From positions 1,178,001 to 1,242,000 of the forward strand of contig JAYWIR010000035.1 in NCBI GenBank assembly GCA_036172245.1: a DNA stretch of 64,000 nt, in the 5' to 3' direction. Positions 1-12,434 of this stretch are shown here, in pieces. The notes beneath the pieces were generated by a model. It was not told where the DNA came from. It saw only the letters and a program-made list of their open reading frames with translations, and did no database searches. The DNA comes from Raillietiella orientalis (Eukaryota). The position numbers and the translations under genes were made by a program. Within the stretch, counting starts at the first letter, position 1. Every line of letters starts with the position of its first letter.

Positions 1-392
1 TGGTGTTCCAGGGACATCACTTCACCGAGGCTGCTTCCCTGGATTTTTGCAGTGTCGTTTCGGAGATCTTCCCAGCCGAATTCGAATGTTAAGAGTAGCT
101 CTGCTTCATATGGCGTAGATTGAGACCAGGGATAATTATGAGGGATGTGGCTAGGGATAATTATGTGGGGGGAGGAGGTGCAGATGTGGCCTTTCTTGAT
201 CACGGAAGGAGTAGAGAGGAAGAAAAGAACCTCACATCTTATTTAATAAACAAGTACCACTGCAATGCTGTCGTTCGCTCTTAGACGGAACGCTTCTGTA
301 GAAAACGTTGATAGAAAAATTGACGGGCGCAGTTGATTTCCATATACCGTTACGGTTTGTGTCCTCTCTTGCTGATCAACTTTATCCACATC
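1..392 (-). pseudogene. Two spliceable exons (392-258, 194-<1) of an unidentified gene or pseudogene running off the window
   Basis: Polypyrimidine tract plus CAG acceptor at 394-393, GTACTT donor at 257, AAG acceptor at 196-195. The joined frame is open for ~110 codons (DVDKVDQQERTQTV..YEAELLLTFEFGWEDL). The upstream candidate exon 711-460 does not join in frame. Confidence 0.35.
349..392. repeat. 44-bp perfect direct repeat, copy 1 (copy 2 at 3001-3044)
   Basis: GTTACGGTTTGTGTCCTCTCTTGCTGATCAACTTTATCCACATC is identical at both sites. Confidence 0.95.
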
Positions 393-3000
393 CTGGGCAC
401 GGGAGGAGGGGATGAGGAAAAAAAAACGAAATTTCGCAGAGAGAACTTTTTTTTTCTACATCTCAACTAAACAAGGGGTCCTGCACAAACTGCTCCTGAA
501 CTCTTGTCGTTCTCTCTTGTTCCAGTAGGAGAAATCCTGGATTCCTTCTCGAATTCGTTCGATTACAATGAAATGTTTCTCGCATCGTTCTGACCAGAAA
601 AAGGGGAATAATTCGAAAACAGAAGTTTCAGAAATCTCGGGTCGGCGCCTGGAGCACCTGTTTTCCAAGCGAGTCTTTGACGTATTTGCGCAAAAGACTT
701 CCCTGTGATTGCTTTAAAAAAGGAAGAAAAAAAAAAAAAAAAAAAAAACTGCTCCCCAAACAAGCACCTCGTTTTTAATTTGCCAAGGTAAACATAAAAG
801 GAAGGGAAAAATCGAGGGAGGGAAAAAATAAAATGCGATTTTTTTCCTAAAATAGCAGATTGTTCTAATTGATCTTCCTTTGTTCCTTCCTCCCTTCCTT
901 TCCTTTTTTCTCCATTTTTTGTCCCGTGTTCCCTGCCTATGAATTTTTATTCCTATCTGGTAGCTCTGAAAGGCAACCAGAAGGGGCGATTCGGAAGCTG
1001 CAAATGAAACGAAGGCGCCAACTGGAACCGGTGAAATGCGAGTGTCGAACTGAAATGGGTGAAATCCGACTGCCTTCACAGTCGATTGCAACGATCAATA
1101 AATGGAATCGATTCGAACCACATGAAATGGAAGCATTCGAAAGTTCTGTGTCGTGCACGTTTCGTCTTCTGAATCCGTCCGTGCGACTCGCCGCATCTCG
1201 GGATGCTGCTTACCTTTTCGGAGGAGTCGGCCGGATGAGGCCCTATTCGCACATTTTCAAGATCCTTGCAGCCGGACTTTGCGACAGCCCCCAGCATCTC
1301 CTCAGCATGATCAAAGAGACAAATCCGCCGAATTTGTATTCAACGGACTCCTCATACTTCTTTTAATGCACAAGACATAGGGTGGAGACTTCGTTCCTGG
1401 TGTGCATCGCATCGAATGGTTCGGTCCTGCAGTGCAAGCCACGTCGCGACACCGTGTACTGTACAGGTTGGCAAAACTCGAAACTCCCTTCGAAGTTTAT
1501 CCTTTCCCCGCAAAGCATTCCACCCTGCTAGGAATGCTCGTTTCAGGCATCTTGCACACGTAGTGGTGTGACGCTTTAGGTTGCACCGCACGGAAGGGTG
1601 CTTCAGGTGAAAGAACCCTTGTCTGCAGGCGGAAATGCCAAACATTCTTACTCTGTGACCCTCCAAAGCATCCTGGGAACCACCCACCAACTGACGAAGC
1701 AGGATTTCGAATTCCTTCTCACCTTTTCATCTGCCTTGGCATGCATTCCGCTGAAGGATCTCAGAAGATCGAAATCCGTGGATGCAGATTTCTTCTATCT
1801 CTCACAGGAATTCCTACTCAACGAAACACCTGGAAAAGTTACGCTCCCAACTGTCTATTGCAGCTGCCCCTCTTTTCTTGCAGATAATGCACTAAACGCT
1901 CCCCTCCTTGAATAAGCCATTAGAATCCCTGTTTGCCTCTCGCCAGCATGAGCAGTAGGCAGCGAATGCTTTTCGATTACGTGAGAAACGGCTCGTATCG
2001 TCTCCTCAACCAAAGCAGACACGAAGCATAGGGTGGCATCGGACGGAAACCACAGAGACTTCCACCGGAACACGCAACGCGCGCTACCAGGACTCCGCTG
2101 ACAGGGAGAACTTTTCGGCGGCAACGGAATTTCAGCCATGATGACTTCTGCACTTCCGCACAAGGCTAAGAACGTTCTCCCCTATAGTTCAGTGAACCCG
2201 ATCCTCACAAAATGTGACCCAGACGAAAGTCGTACGTGAGACTGCTTTGGAGAGAATACTGCTTTCTGTTTACACGCTGCTGCTGAGGCGCTCATGCTTC
2301 CCTAGACTTTCTGAAGCAACGCTAGCCAACCTGCTCCCAGAGAAGAATCAGGAACGCCTTCTGTTTTTTCCTTATTTCCAGCTTCCAGATCTCTCCCTGC
2401 CATCATTCCGTAATTTACAGGAACCCCAGAATGAACTTGAAAAACACGTCCATCGAAGTTTTGATTAGAAAAGCGACAAAGAGGGCTGCACCAGCTATTC
2501 CAAAGTTGGTCGGCCACTGGTCTCTTCCTTTTGGTCTCAACGCGTGATAAAAAGGTTCATCCTTTGTTCTCAGGAGAGGGGCGGTCTCAAAATAGGAAGA
2601 AATCAGGTTAGTTTGACATTCTGCTTCTGTTATTTTGTGACATCTTTCAGATTCTGGCCAGATGCTGGCCAGCCACGATACCTCGCGGCAGCTAAGGAAC
2701 GGGTCCATGCTTGCTTACTAAGAATGTGAGGGAAAATCTCTTTTGCTCGCATGCACCCCATTGGGGGAGGAACGCAACAGTCTGGCTGACTGCAGCTGAG
2801 CCGCATTCTTATTTGAAGTGATGACAGTTTGCCAAAACACGAAAGGGTACCCGCACAGCTTCTCTAATAGCAAAGCGAGCGAAGATTAACTCTATTTGAA
2901 GGCATTTATTGCATCTGTTTTCCCTGTGCTGAGGTTAAGGTAAGTCGCTAGGTTACTAGCGCCTTCCTGGAAGCCTTGCAGCACTTGCAGATCAGATTGT

Positions 3001-3044
3001 GTTACGGTTTGTGTCCTCTCTTGCTGATCAACTTTATCCACATC
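3001..3044. repeat. 44-bp perfect direct repeat, copy 2
   Basis: Identical to 349-392. Confidence 0.95.
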
Positions 3045-6000
3045 TAAAATTTATCCACCATCATAAATCTTGCGCTCATGATGGTGGCCCTGCATTGCAA
3101 CACACTTCTGTTTAGACTTCCTCCTTTCCCTCATTTTCCACCACACTTTCTTTCAAAGCACCACTCTGCTAGCCAAACTTCAGGCTCCTTCCTTCAGAAA
3201 CCCATAGCCGGAGCAAGAGAGTTCGTTTTTTCTTTGAGTGTTCGCATCGAAGAGGAAGGCCGAACCCTGCATTCTGCTTGCTGAAACCAACTGGGAGTTG
3301 GAAACGAAAATTCGGTGCTCCACGGCAGCATCCAGGTTTCCCGACCCGCTTCGGCTTCGTTGCACTCGGCGCGAAGAGCGAAACTTCCTGATACAGCTTG
3401 TCACTTTCGTAGGTGACAGGTGCACCAACTTCCTTACTCAGTTGGCTTCCCCTGGAAGCACACCAAGCTCTCCCTAAACAGCTCGCTTTCCCCATCAGAA
3501 ACCTGCCATCGCACCTCACTGCACACCAAAGGTCGCATCCCAGACCAGAAACCGATGTTGCCATCACTCTTTCTTTCGAGAGCTGTCATCCCTTTCTACA
3601 GTTCCCACCATGCCGTCGATTCCACAAGAGCTCCAGCACCGATATCTTGGGAAGAAGAAAGAGAAAGGGCGGGTAATGAAATCCAGAGGATGAGTCGATT
3701 TCGTGAGATCTAAACGAGATGTTCATCTCTTCAGCAAATAAGGCGCTCATCTGAGGATCCTGACCTGCATCTCGAAGTGATGGTATCTCTGCTTCGCGAT
3801 CCCTTAACGTGACTTCATCTAGAGAAAACCTCCCAGAATTCACACCTCAAATTTCGACCACCTGATCTGGCTTACCATTTCGATCTAACCCAAGCGACCT
3901 GGAGAAGCGATGCACTCCGTGAAAGGGTCCAGAGGAATGTGAAGCCAATCCTTCCAATTAGCATGTCCTGCAGGCGACATCGTTCAGGATAATTTTCGTG
4001 ATTTTCCTGATCCCGTTTTTTCTTTTTTTATCTTTGAGACAGATGCGAAAACAGAGACAACAAAACACTTCTTAATGATCCTCTCACGAAATCCAAAGCA
4101 ACCCATGCTATTTTGAAAATTTACTTCGCATCATTAAAATCACCAAGAAGCGATCGAAAGCCATTTGCTAGATTCCAGCGACTTACTATGACCAAGGCTG
4201 CTGCATCAGCAGCACGGTGCGGCCCGCCTATCCGTTTGATCAGTTGCTTCAGCAAGGCCATCTTCAACGAGCATTCTGGTTCCAAGGCGCATGACGAAAA
4301 AGTCAACAGTGCATTTCCAGATGCGACAGAAAGAGCAATACATTTCAATTTCGGAATGGATAACTAGATCATGTATATGCATGCGTTCTTATGTATGTGC
4401 ACTTAGATAAGTAGATAGGTATGTTTACGCGTATAACCACTTTTTAGGTGATTTTATGAATACTTCGTATGGTTGACTTCACAGTGCAGCCCGAATGCAA
4501 CTTTGAGCTCTGGGACACCGTTCTTCAATATATTCAGCTAGTTTTGTTTGTTTGTTGTTGTCTGATGTGGATGCCGCTGTTCCGACAGGTACAGAAATTA
4601 AGAACCCCCAAAAAGAAGAAATTTTTGCCAAGTTTAAGGGAAGTGATTCAGAAACCTTTACAGACTTACCGATGCTCGTGAAACAAAGATCAGACTGAGC
4701 AAGGAACCAAACACGGGTGTATCACGGCAATGCTACAGCGCCGTGACAGAAGCGTGCTTTGTTCCTTGCTTGCGCCAGCAAAGATTGCCTACACTGCATC
4801 AACTCCCTGTCCGCTCTACAACTATTACCTGCTGTTTGAGCTCAAGAAACGATTGAAGGGGAAATCCTCTTATCCCAGTAGGAACTGCAGACAAGTGGGC
4901 AAGAGCCTTAATAACGGATCTGCACAACATGTTCTCATCTCTGGTACGATCTCGAAAAAACATAATAATGATACGCTCCGGCGTGTTTCTCTGATGAATC
5001 TTCCTCCATAGGACGATCGTCTGTATTGCTTAACGAGCAGTCCCGTGTCCACTGATGCATTTGTAAGTCTGCTGCGGTTATACTTTCCATGGAAGTCTCT
5101 CTCGCTTACGTGGTGTACGAGAGACTACAGGCTAGCGCTGACGGTACTTATTCTGGCGCGAAAGCAGCAACTTCACAGCCTCATTTTAACCGGCTGGTAA
5201 CCTCCAGGATTGGAGTCCTGGTTTCACCGTCGAAGTGCTTGATGGCTACAGCAGTAAAAGCTTTGCTTGCAATCTCAGACTGACGCGCCGATGACATCCT
5301 ACGTTGGTGACGTGAGAGCACCAGACAGGCTGCTGTATTTTGAGCCCAATGGACTTCCTCATTAGAAAGCGACATTGGGAGCTACGCAGGTCATCCAAAG
5401 TACACCCGGTAAATTTTCTTCCTCTCCAATTTCCCTCTTAAAACATGACACTGTTATCCTAAGGGATTCACACAAATTGTCTACAAGATCGCATCAGCTG
5501 ATCAGGATGAACTGGCACTCCCTCTGGATTTAACACGGAGATCGTCCACTGATGCATGCCAATACAAGAGGAATTTCACCGATGTGATGTCTTCCCGCTA
5601 TTTCGGCTAAAGTAGGTGCTCATTCTGGACCGCAGGAAGAACCCTTTTGTGAGTTTCCCCTGAGATTACAAGGGTTATTCAGGCGTAGGGGTTCTAAGGG
5701 TTGCTAGTTCTAAACATTAGCGCCTACATATTTTTGTGTTCGCCTCTGAGAGTTTCGCGTTTCTTCAAGAAACTTCTCTTTTGTTCTTGTGCCTCATGGT
5801 GGGACTGAACAAACATGAAGAAACAAATTCTCTGAGGTTCGGAACCGAAAATTCAGGATTGAAAGGATGTCAGGTATACATCGGCAAAACACATAGAGTG
5901 CTTGCCTACAAACGCTTAGTCTAGAAACACCTGACTTTGATGGAAAATGCCCTTAGAAATGAGGGAAAATCCCCCCTCATAAAAATAATTTCCTTGAAAC

Positions 6001-6957
6001 TGCTGGAGGGGAAGAGGGATAGCAACTCTTCTCATCCGAGATTACCGATAAGACTTTTCCCTGGAAGGCGGTCGACCTTTCTGTTTCCATGTGGTGAATT
6101 CGTCTTGGGCTTAATCGTGACTTACGGCGGTCGTGTGGTCTGACTCATGGACCGGATATGTGTGAGATGAGTAAAAGTCCCTAACAGGATAAAGTCCAGT
6201 GCTATGAACGAGTCCCGCGGAAGGAGCAGGCTTTGAGGCACCTCAAAGATGAGGAAAACATTGATCTTCTTCAGCCAGCGTGGCAGACTGCCGCATTGAA
6301 TCCCAGTCCTTCGGCTGAGACGGAAAAGTTGCATAATAGCTCACAGGGGCGGAAAGCAGGCTGCGAACCTTCTGGACACAGAAGGTGGCGGCACTGGTAT
6401 CAGGTGGACAAGACCTACAGTCGATCGCCGTGCGCTCTGCATAGGCGAACTGAACAGCAAGGAAGCACTTACGGAAGACCCAGAACTCAGCTCTATTCTG
6501 GAAACATTCATTGAAGGCTGTCTACTTTGATTAGGCACCTGAAAACTAGTCATCAACGGGGATGGATGTGATTTGTGTCGTGACAAGAAGATCACGAAAA
6601 ATGAAGTATTGTAGATGGTGCTTCACGTGGTGCTTGTTGGCTGAAGCGTCCCTGAATTTTTTACAACGAGAAAGAAAAAAAAAGAAGAAGAGAGAATCGT
6701 GAGTGAGCATAGAGAGGAATGAACGGAAGAAAAGGAACGACATCCAGAAAGGAGATACCAAGATGGAAGAGAGGACCATGCACTTGATCGTAGCGTAGCC
6801 ATAGTAGCCCGGAACCGACTTCTGAGGACGGAAAGCTTTGGTTTTCAATGCAAACTCATCTGCTGCCAGAAATACCCAAGGATCTTTCTGATTTTGAAGG
6901 GATGACGATCTCCAAAAAAGAAAAAATAAGACACATGCAGTAAGGAAGGACTCCATC

Positions 6958-8206
6958 TTGAAACCGGAGGGGTCCTCCCGGTGTAGGGGGTTCGCTCTCC
7001 GTTGTAAGACCGAAGGGGGAACTCATCACTTCTTGATTCCTGGAAGGACCCAAACGGATGATAATCTCGGGGAATTCATGACGGGCAAGAAGATCACAAA
7101 GCCCGGATGGGATATTGCGAGCCTCTGGTCGAAAGGCAGGGAGGCCTCTAGAAGAATAGAAGCCCGCTGGGAATTTCGACAAGGAGAACCCAGTATCATG
7201 GTGGACGGAATACTCTTCACCAACAGTGCAAGAAGACGGCTCGCCTCCGGCGTAAGAGCATTGCAGCGAGAACACGCATGGCAATCCCTCATTGAAAACC
7301 ACATTAGTCAAGGGAAGGCCATGCAGTGTGTAGAAGGTCATGCATCACTTTTCAAGCTTCTCCCAGACAAACGGAATCCATCTAAGATACCAAGACTACA
7401 GGTTCATCCATGCGGCAAGACCTTCAGCCACTAAACGCTGGACCAACAAAGAAGGTTTCATGAAAGGATATGTCGGCGTTGCGGAACAGAGGACGAGACT
7501 TTATCACACGTGCTCAACAGATGTAAAAGCACGCGCCTCTGACGCTGCAGCGCCATGATGCTATCCTGGAAATTATCAAGGCCACAATGGATGAAGCCAA
7601 GTGGACTCTGGTATCGAGTAATCGCAGAGTGCCAGGAACCACCTCCACCCTAAAACCAGATCTGGTTTTAGAAAAAAGCGATCGAATAGGTGTGCTGGAC
7701 ATCCCCTGCCCATTTGAAAACGGAAAGGAGGCGTTCGCCACATCTAGGAAAATAAAGGAAGCCAGAGATACCAGGATGTCGCCATGCAACTCGGAAACAC
7801 TGGGAAAATAACTAAAGTGCAGGCGATCCTTGTCGGCCCACTTGAAGCATGGGATCCGGAAAACGACAACGCTCTGCAATACCTAGGAATTCCGAAGAAG
7901 CTGATAAGGCTACGACAGCGGATGGTACCCACCTGCAGCCGCTTTTCAAGCAGCATCTATGCATCACGTGTAAGGAGAAAAAATGCAGCTCAACCAGATG
8001 ATCTGGACAGAGCTCTCACCCGGGAAGAGAGCATCGAGGAACCGTGTAGAACACGGAAGAAACATCATTCGTTAAAGATTCTACAGAGCCATTCCAGCAA
8101 CAGTCTTTGTATTAATCCAAAATGCTAAATAAGATTTCGAAGGGATGATGACCCTCCCCCCCCAAAAAAAAAACAAAAAACAAACAAACAAAAAAAAACA
8201 AAAAAA
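6958..8206 (+). mobile_element. 3' fragment of an R2-group (NeSL/Utopia-like) non-LTR retrotransposon with CCHC knuckle and restriction-like endonuclease, frameshifted, with A-rich tail
   Basis: DYRFIHAAR; CRRCGTEDETLSHVLNRC (7471); RHDAIL (7551); KPDLV, DIPCPFENG, VGPLEAWDPEN; A-rich run at 8164-8206. Confidence 0.85.
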
Positions 8207-11200
8207 TGGAAAAACACATCACATGCAGTGAGGAAGGAAATGAGGTTTCTCTGAAAGGTCCAAGAAAGAAAAGTCAACTCCCAGTTCCGCTTAGAGGCTG
8301 CGCTAGCTGCACTGAGAAGAGGGGACAACAAATAAATAAATCTACCTCACAGATGGAGGAAGAAGGTCACGAAGAGAAGGAGAAGGGAAGCAAGATTGTC
8401 ACGTTTGACGCTAAATCTCGAGCGGGTGGAAGATGCCCGTGGTGCTCAGAGATCAAGTTGTAAGGAGAAAGATGACCTTTGTAGTGCAACTCACCCATAG
8501 AATTGCTACTTCCATCATTCCTTTCTAAACACGGATGGACCGAAAACAGAGCATTGGGTGCACCGGGAATTTTGCTAGAGAACATAATTCGTACTAAAGA
8601 GGGTGCTAATGGCATTTAGCACTGCTGTGATGACTTGTAATTGATTGAAATGTCACTCGGGTAAGAAGATGAACCCAACTAAGCACATGTAGGCAAGAGC
8701 ACCCAGGGTCTTCGAAGTTACTTGGAAAAACCTGCAGCAAATCCAAAAGGGAATATTTTCCATATTCCCAGCCGGAGGTTCGCTTTAACCTCAGTTTCTG
8801 AAGTCTTCCCAGAGCAGCCCGGCTTGGACAGCTAAAGATTGCCTCAGTTTCCCGAGTTCCCTTGCCGCACTCTACCGATCAGCTGATGCTGCAGCACGAT
8901 TACATCTGGTTTCGTGTTTTCCTTAATACCTCTGCGGGAGAACGGTGGACTCGGCCATACCTGCATGAATTCAATGTATTGCTTTTTATGAATTTCCAAA
9001 TTTACTGCATCCACACTTCACTGTATCCAACCCATGCTTTCCTTCCCAGGAACAGCCTATGGATCCAGCCCTTCAGCTAGATTCCAAACGTCCCTTCATC
9101 CTAAGTTGCCTTCCTTGGATCCCTAGGGAGATTGTCCTCTCATTTAGCACTTGCATTGGAGAATTGATTCCACTTCGAGACTTCCAAAGCTGTGGAGTTT
9201 CTTATTCCTCCGTTAAAGAGTTCGTTGACAGTCGCCGATGATTCCTGATTCCTTCAAGAAATGCTCTCAAAACTTTGTTTTTTTTGGCAAACTTGGACTC
9301 TCCAGATGAAATCTCTGCTTCTAACCTTTACTTCTTACATGTCACTTGTCCAGGAAAAAACAAGGGTCTCTGGGATCACGTCTTCGACTGCAAATGTCCA
9401 AAGTGCTCTTCCTTCTCGAATTCCTCGAGTTTTCAGTTGTGCCGTTGGCCATCCTGCGAACCGTGGTTTTAAGCTTGGCACACCAGCGGCTAAAGTCCTC
9501 TTCGCTCTTCTCGGTTGCATCAGCTTGGCTTGTGAACACCCGTTTTCCTCTCTGGCCTACTTGAAGCCTGGTCGGTTTCATGACCCTCATTTTTAAAGCA
9601 TTCTCCCAAATCCAGCTTTCTCTGCCGATGTTTCGTGGGCAGAAGGAAAGTGGGGACTTTTCAGGGTGGAGCATCCCTTAACTGAAGGATCAGTCTCATG
9701 CCAACTGCAGTCTTTGGTTCGCCGCTGTCCTCTCCATGTCCGCGTAAGTTCCAACGCTCTGAGCGAGGTTGCGTGAAGAAAGAGCCTGGTCTTTTTGCCT
9801 GCTGCCTCTGTCGAAACTGCGCTTAATGGTAACTTATGGTAAACTGCATGTATGCTTAGCACGGTATTAGAAGAGTACCCGCAACGACCTGGAACTTCGA
9901 ATTCGCTGCTCAAGTGATCACCCATTGAGTGGTATTCTAGTGGTTCTTGGGTTCATTTCAACTTGGAAAACCCAGGGATTTTTTCAAGATGAAATTCGGT
10001 GCGCGCGTATTCGTGACGGTGCGGCCAGCACGTGTGCTACGGGAGAAACTCAGCATCAGGAAGTGCAGGAATTCCAGTCCGCATCATCATGCAGGATCAA
10101 GGATCAAGGTGCAAAGGATGATCAGGTGATGCAAGTACCACTAGAGAAGGGGCAATTTTTCTGCCGTTTTGGTTCCGCTTTGGTGAAAACGGAATGGAAG
10201 ATTCGATGGATAGTAAGTCATTTTCCTCCTGAGATCCTGCAAGCACACGTTGATGGCTTTAATGAGAAACAAAAATCCACGTTCCTGTTTTTTTGGCATA
10301 TTGCTGATTAATCGATCAGCCATGCCTGAGGATCCATCAGTCACTTGGGTGTTCAGTGTCTGAAATCGGGTGATTCAGTCGGCTTTTGCGACCATTGCAA
10401 GAACACACTGTAAAGGAAAGCAGAGATCTGAGATTCAAGATGTATGTTTCTCCCTTCTCAGAGCTCATTACCAAGACAATGGTCGAGCATTCCTTTGTGC
10501 TGCTCATGTATCCTGAAGATAGATTGTACTAAGAAGGAGTCATATTTGTATCGGTACAAATATGACTGTCAGAGGTTTTCAAACACAAAGTTCTTCCCTC
10601 TTTTAGGTTTTTTTTTTTGTCCTCCGGTACTGCATAGGGAGAATATGAGTTAAGAGCTAGTCAGAATACTTTGGAGCCAAAATAGGCAGGTGTGCCTCCG
10701 AAATTCCCACTGCATTGGGAACGTCGCGGGAGAATGATTCCGTGACGGAACCAAGATGCTGAGGGATAAGATACGTGATAATTACGGTCCCGACACTTTC
10801 ATTGACATCTGTGAGATTAGGAAACGAGCAGAAAATTAAGGAACTCTCCTGCTCCAGAGTTTCTTATGTTTTCAGTGTTTAAATCCAAACTAAATGGAAG
10901 CGGTCTGGATGGTTCGTGCGCAAACGGCTCAGGAGTAAAACCTATGAAATGGAAAATGAACGTTGTCAGTTGTGCCTGCCTACGCAGAATGCATCTCCGT
11001 ACGTGCTACATAAGTTGGAAACAGAGGAAAAACATGATCTAAAAAGCTCTTTCAATACCGCTGCCGACTCCAGGATGCTCAAAATCACTCGTGCAAGTGG
11101 AAGAAGACGAAAACCTTCGCTAAAAGCCCTAACATATCAGCTAGAGGAAAGTCTGACTGCGTGGATGGGGGCATTTGTTAGTCTGGAGGCCGACTGCTTC

Positions 11201-12396
11201 TCCGATGAAGGGCATCTGGTGAGAATTGATAACGAAAGATCATGCTCAGGGAGCTTCGGTTATTCGTACAAAGTTGAAATGTGTCGAACTCATCACCCGT
11301 GTTACAAATAGACAGACATCCTGAGATTACCATAAACATCGACCCATGCTGCCTCTTGTGTTTCGTTTAAACGGAAACTTTAATGGCTCTCGAATAGGCT
11401 GCGAACTTTGCGAACGTGCTTGGCCAGAAGATGCTCTTTTTAATCGATTCGTTTCCAAAGAACTTCAAAGAACACTTCCACTCTGTCTGCAAAGAACAGG
11501 AGAACACTGTGTTCTCTAGATATCGATCCTTCTCGAAAGTTCAGCTGCAAAAGTCATATAAGAGACATGTTGTGCAGTAAGAATTCGAAACAAGAAATCA
11601 TCCCAGGACTGTTCCATCCGGCATCTGGAAATCCAAGAGTGAGGCCAGTAAATGCCGAGAATTCAAAACCAAGGGGTGGAAGTTAAAAGGATTGGCGAAC
11701 CTTAAGGGTTTCTCAATTCTACCGATTACAGACGTGGTAGGCTTCATTTGCCCTGCCGTTGTTGCCAAGGTGCTCGGCTTTGGTGGCTGCAACGAGGCCA
11801 CCTCCACGTAGGACTCTGGCGACGTCGCTGCCAATGATGGCACGTTGACCTCCTTGGAGGTAGAGCGGCTGGCACACCTCCATCGGCGTGGCGGTTGCGG
11901 TCGACTGTACGGTCCCTCGTGAAGTCAAGTGGGGGAGGGGAAAAAAGAATGTCTTTTTCACCTGAGAATCCTCCGCACTGCGGTGCAGCCAGCGGTTCCC
12001 AGAGTTACAAATCATGCTTCCGGGATCGGCTTGAAGCCAGGTTCGTATATTATAAAACTAATTTTTCGAACCATTTCGAACTATCTATGTGTAAATGCTC
12101 AGTCCTGATGCACACATGGGTGCCGATTTCGTCACTGACAGCTGATGTGCCAGAATATTGGTATCGAGCTATTACCCATGATTAACAAAAAAATGGACTT
12201 GAATCCCACTGTCGACACCTCGAAGCAGTTAGAGTAACACTGCACGTGAAGCCAGATGAATGATAACATGAAGTAACCAATCAAGGGTTTGTGATAATGA
12301 CATGCCTATGCGGATAAGCATGCTGCTGGGCCTCTTCCAGACTGTTCAGTTAAAAGTTTGCGGTGGTCGAATAACTGCATTCTACAATTAGGAGAA

Positions 12397-12434
12397 GCAC
12401 ACGCACACACACACACACTCACACACACACACAC
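12397..12434. repeat. Interrupted (CA)n microsatellite
   Basis: Read directly from the sequence. Confidence 0.9.

Noticed and set aside
128..165. 13-bp direct repeat AGGGATAATTATG (128-140, 153-165)
   Set aside because: Local micro-duplication with only two copies; not an array.
9060..9125. Minus-strand EGTFGI*LKGW resembling a kinase glycine loop (also KLADLG near 13390)
   Set aside because: Isolated short words; no other kinase subdomains at the right spacing.
11600..11920. GC-rich patch with DRNRHADGGV/FNFH/LLDF resembling a LINE AP endonuclease
   Set aside because: Motifs are spread over three frames and the catalytic GDFN is absent; cannot be supported.
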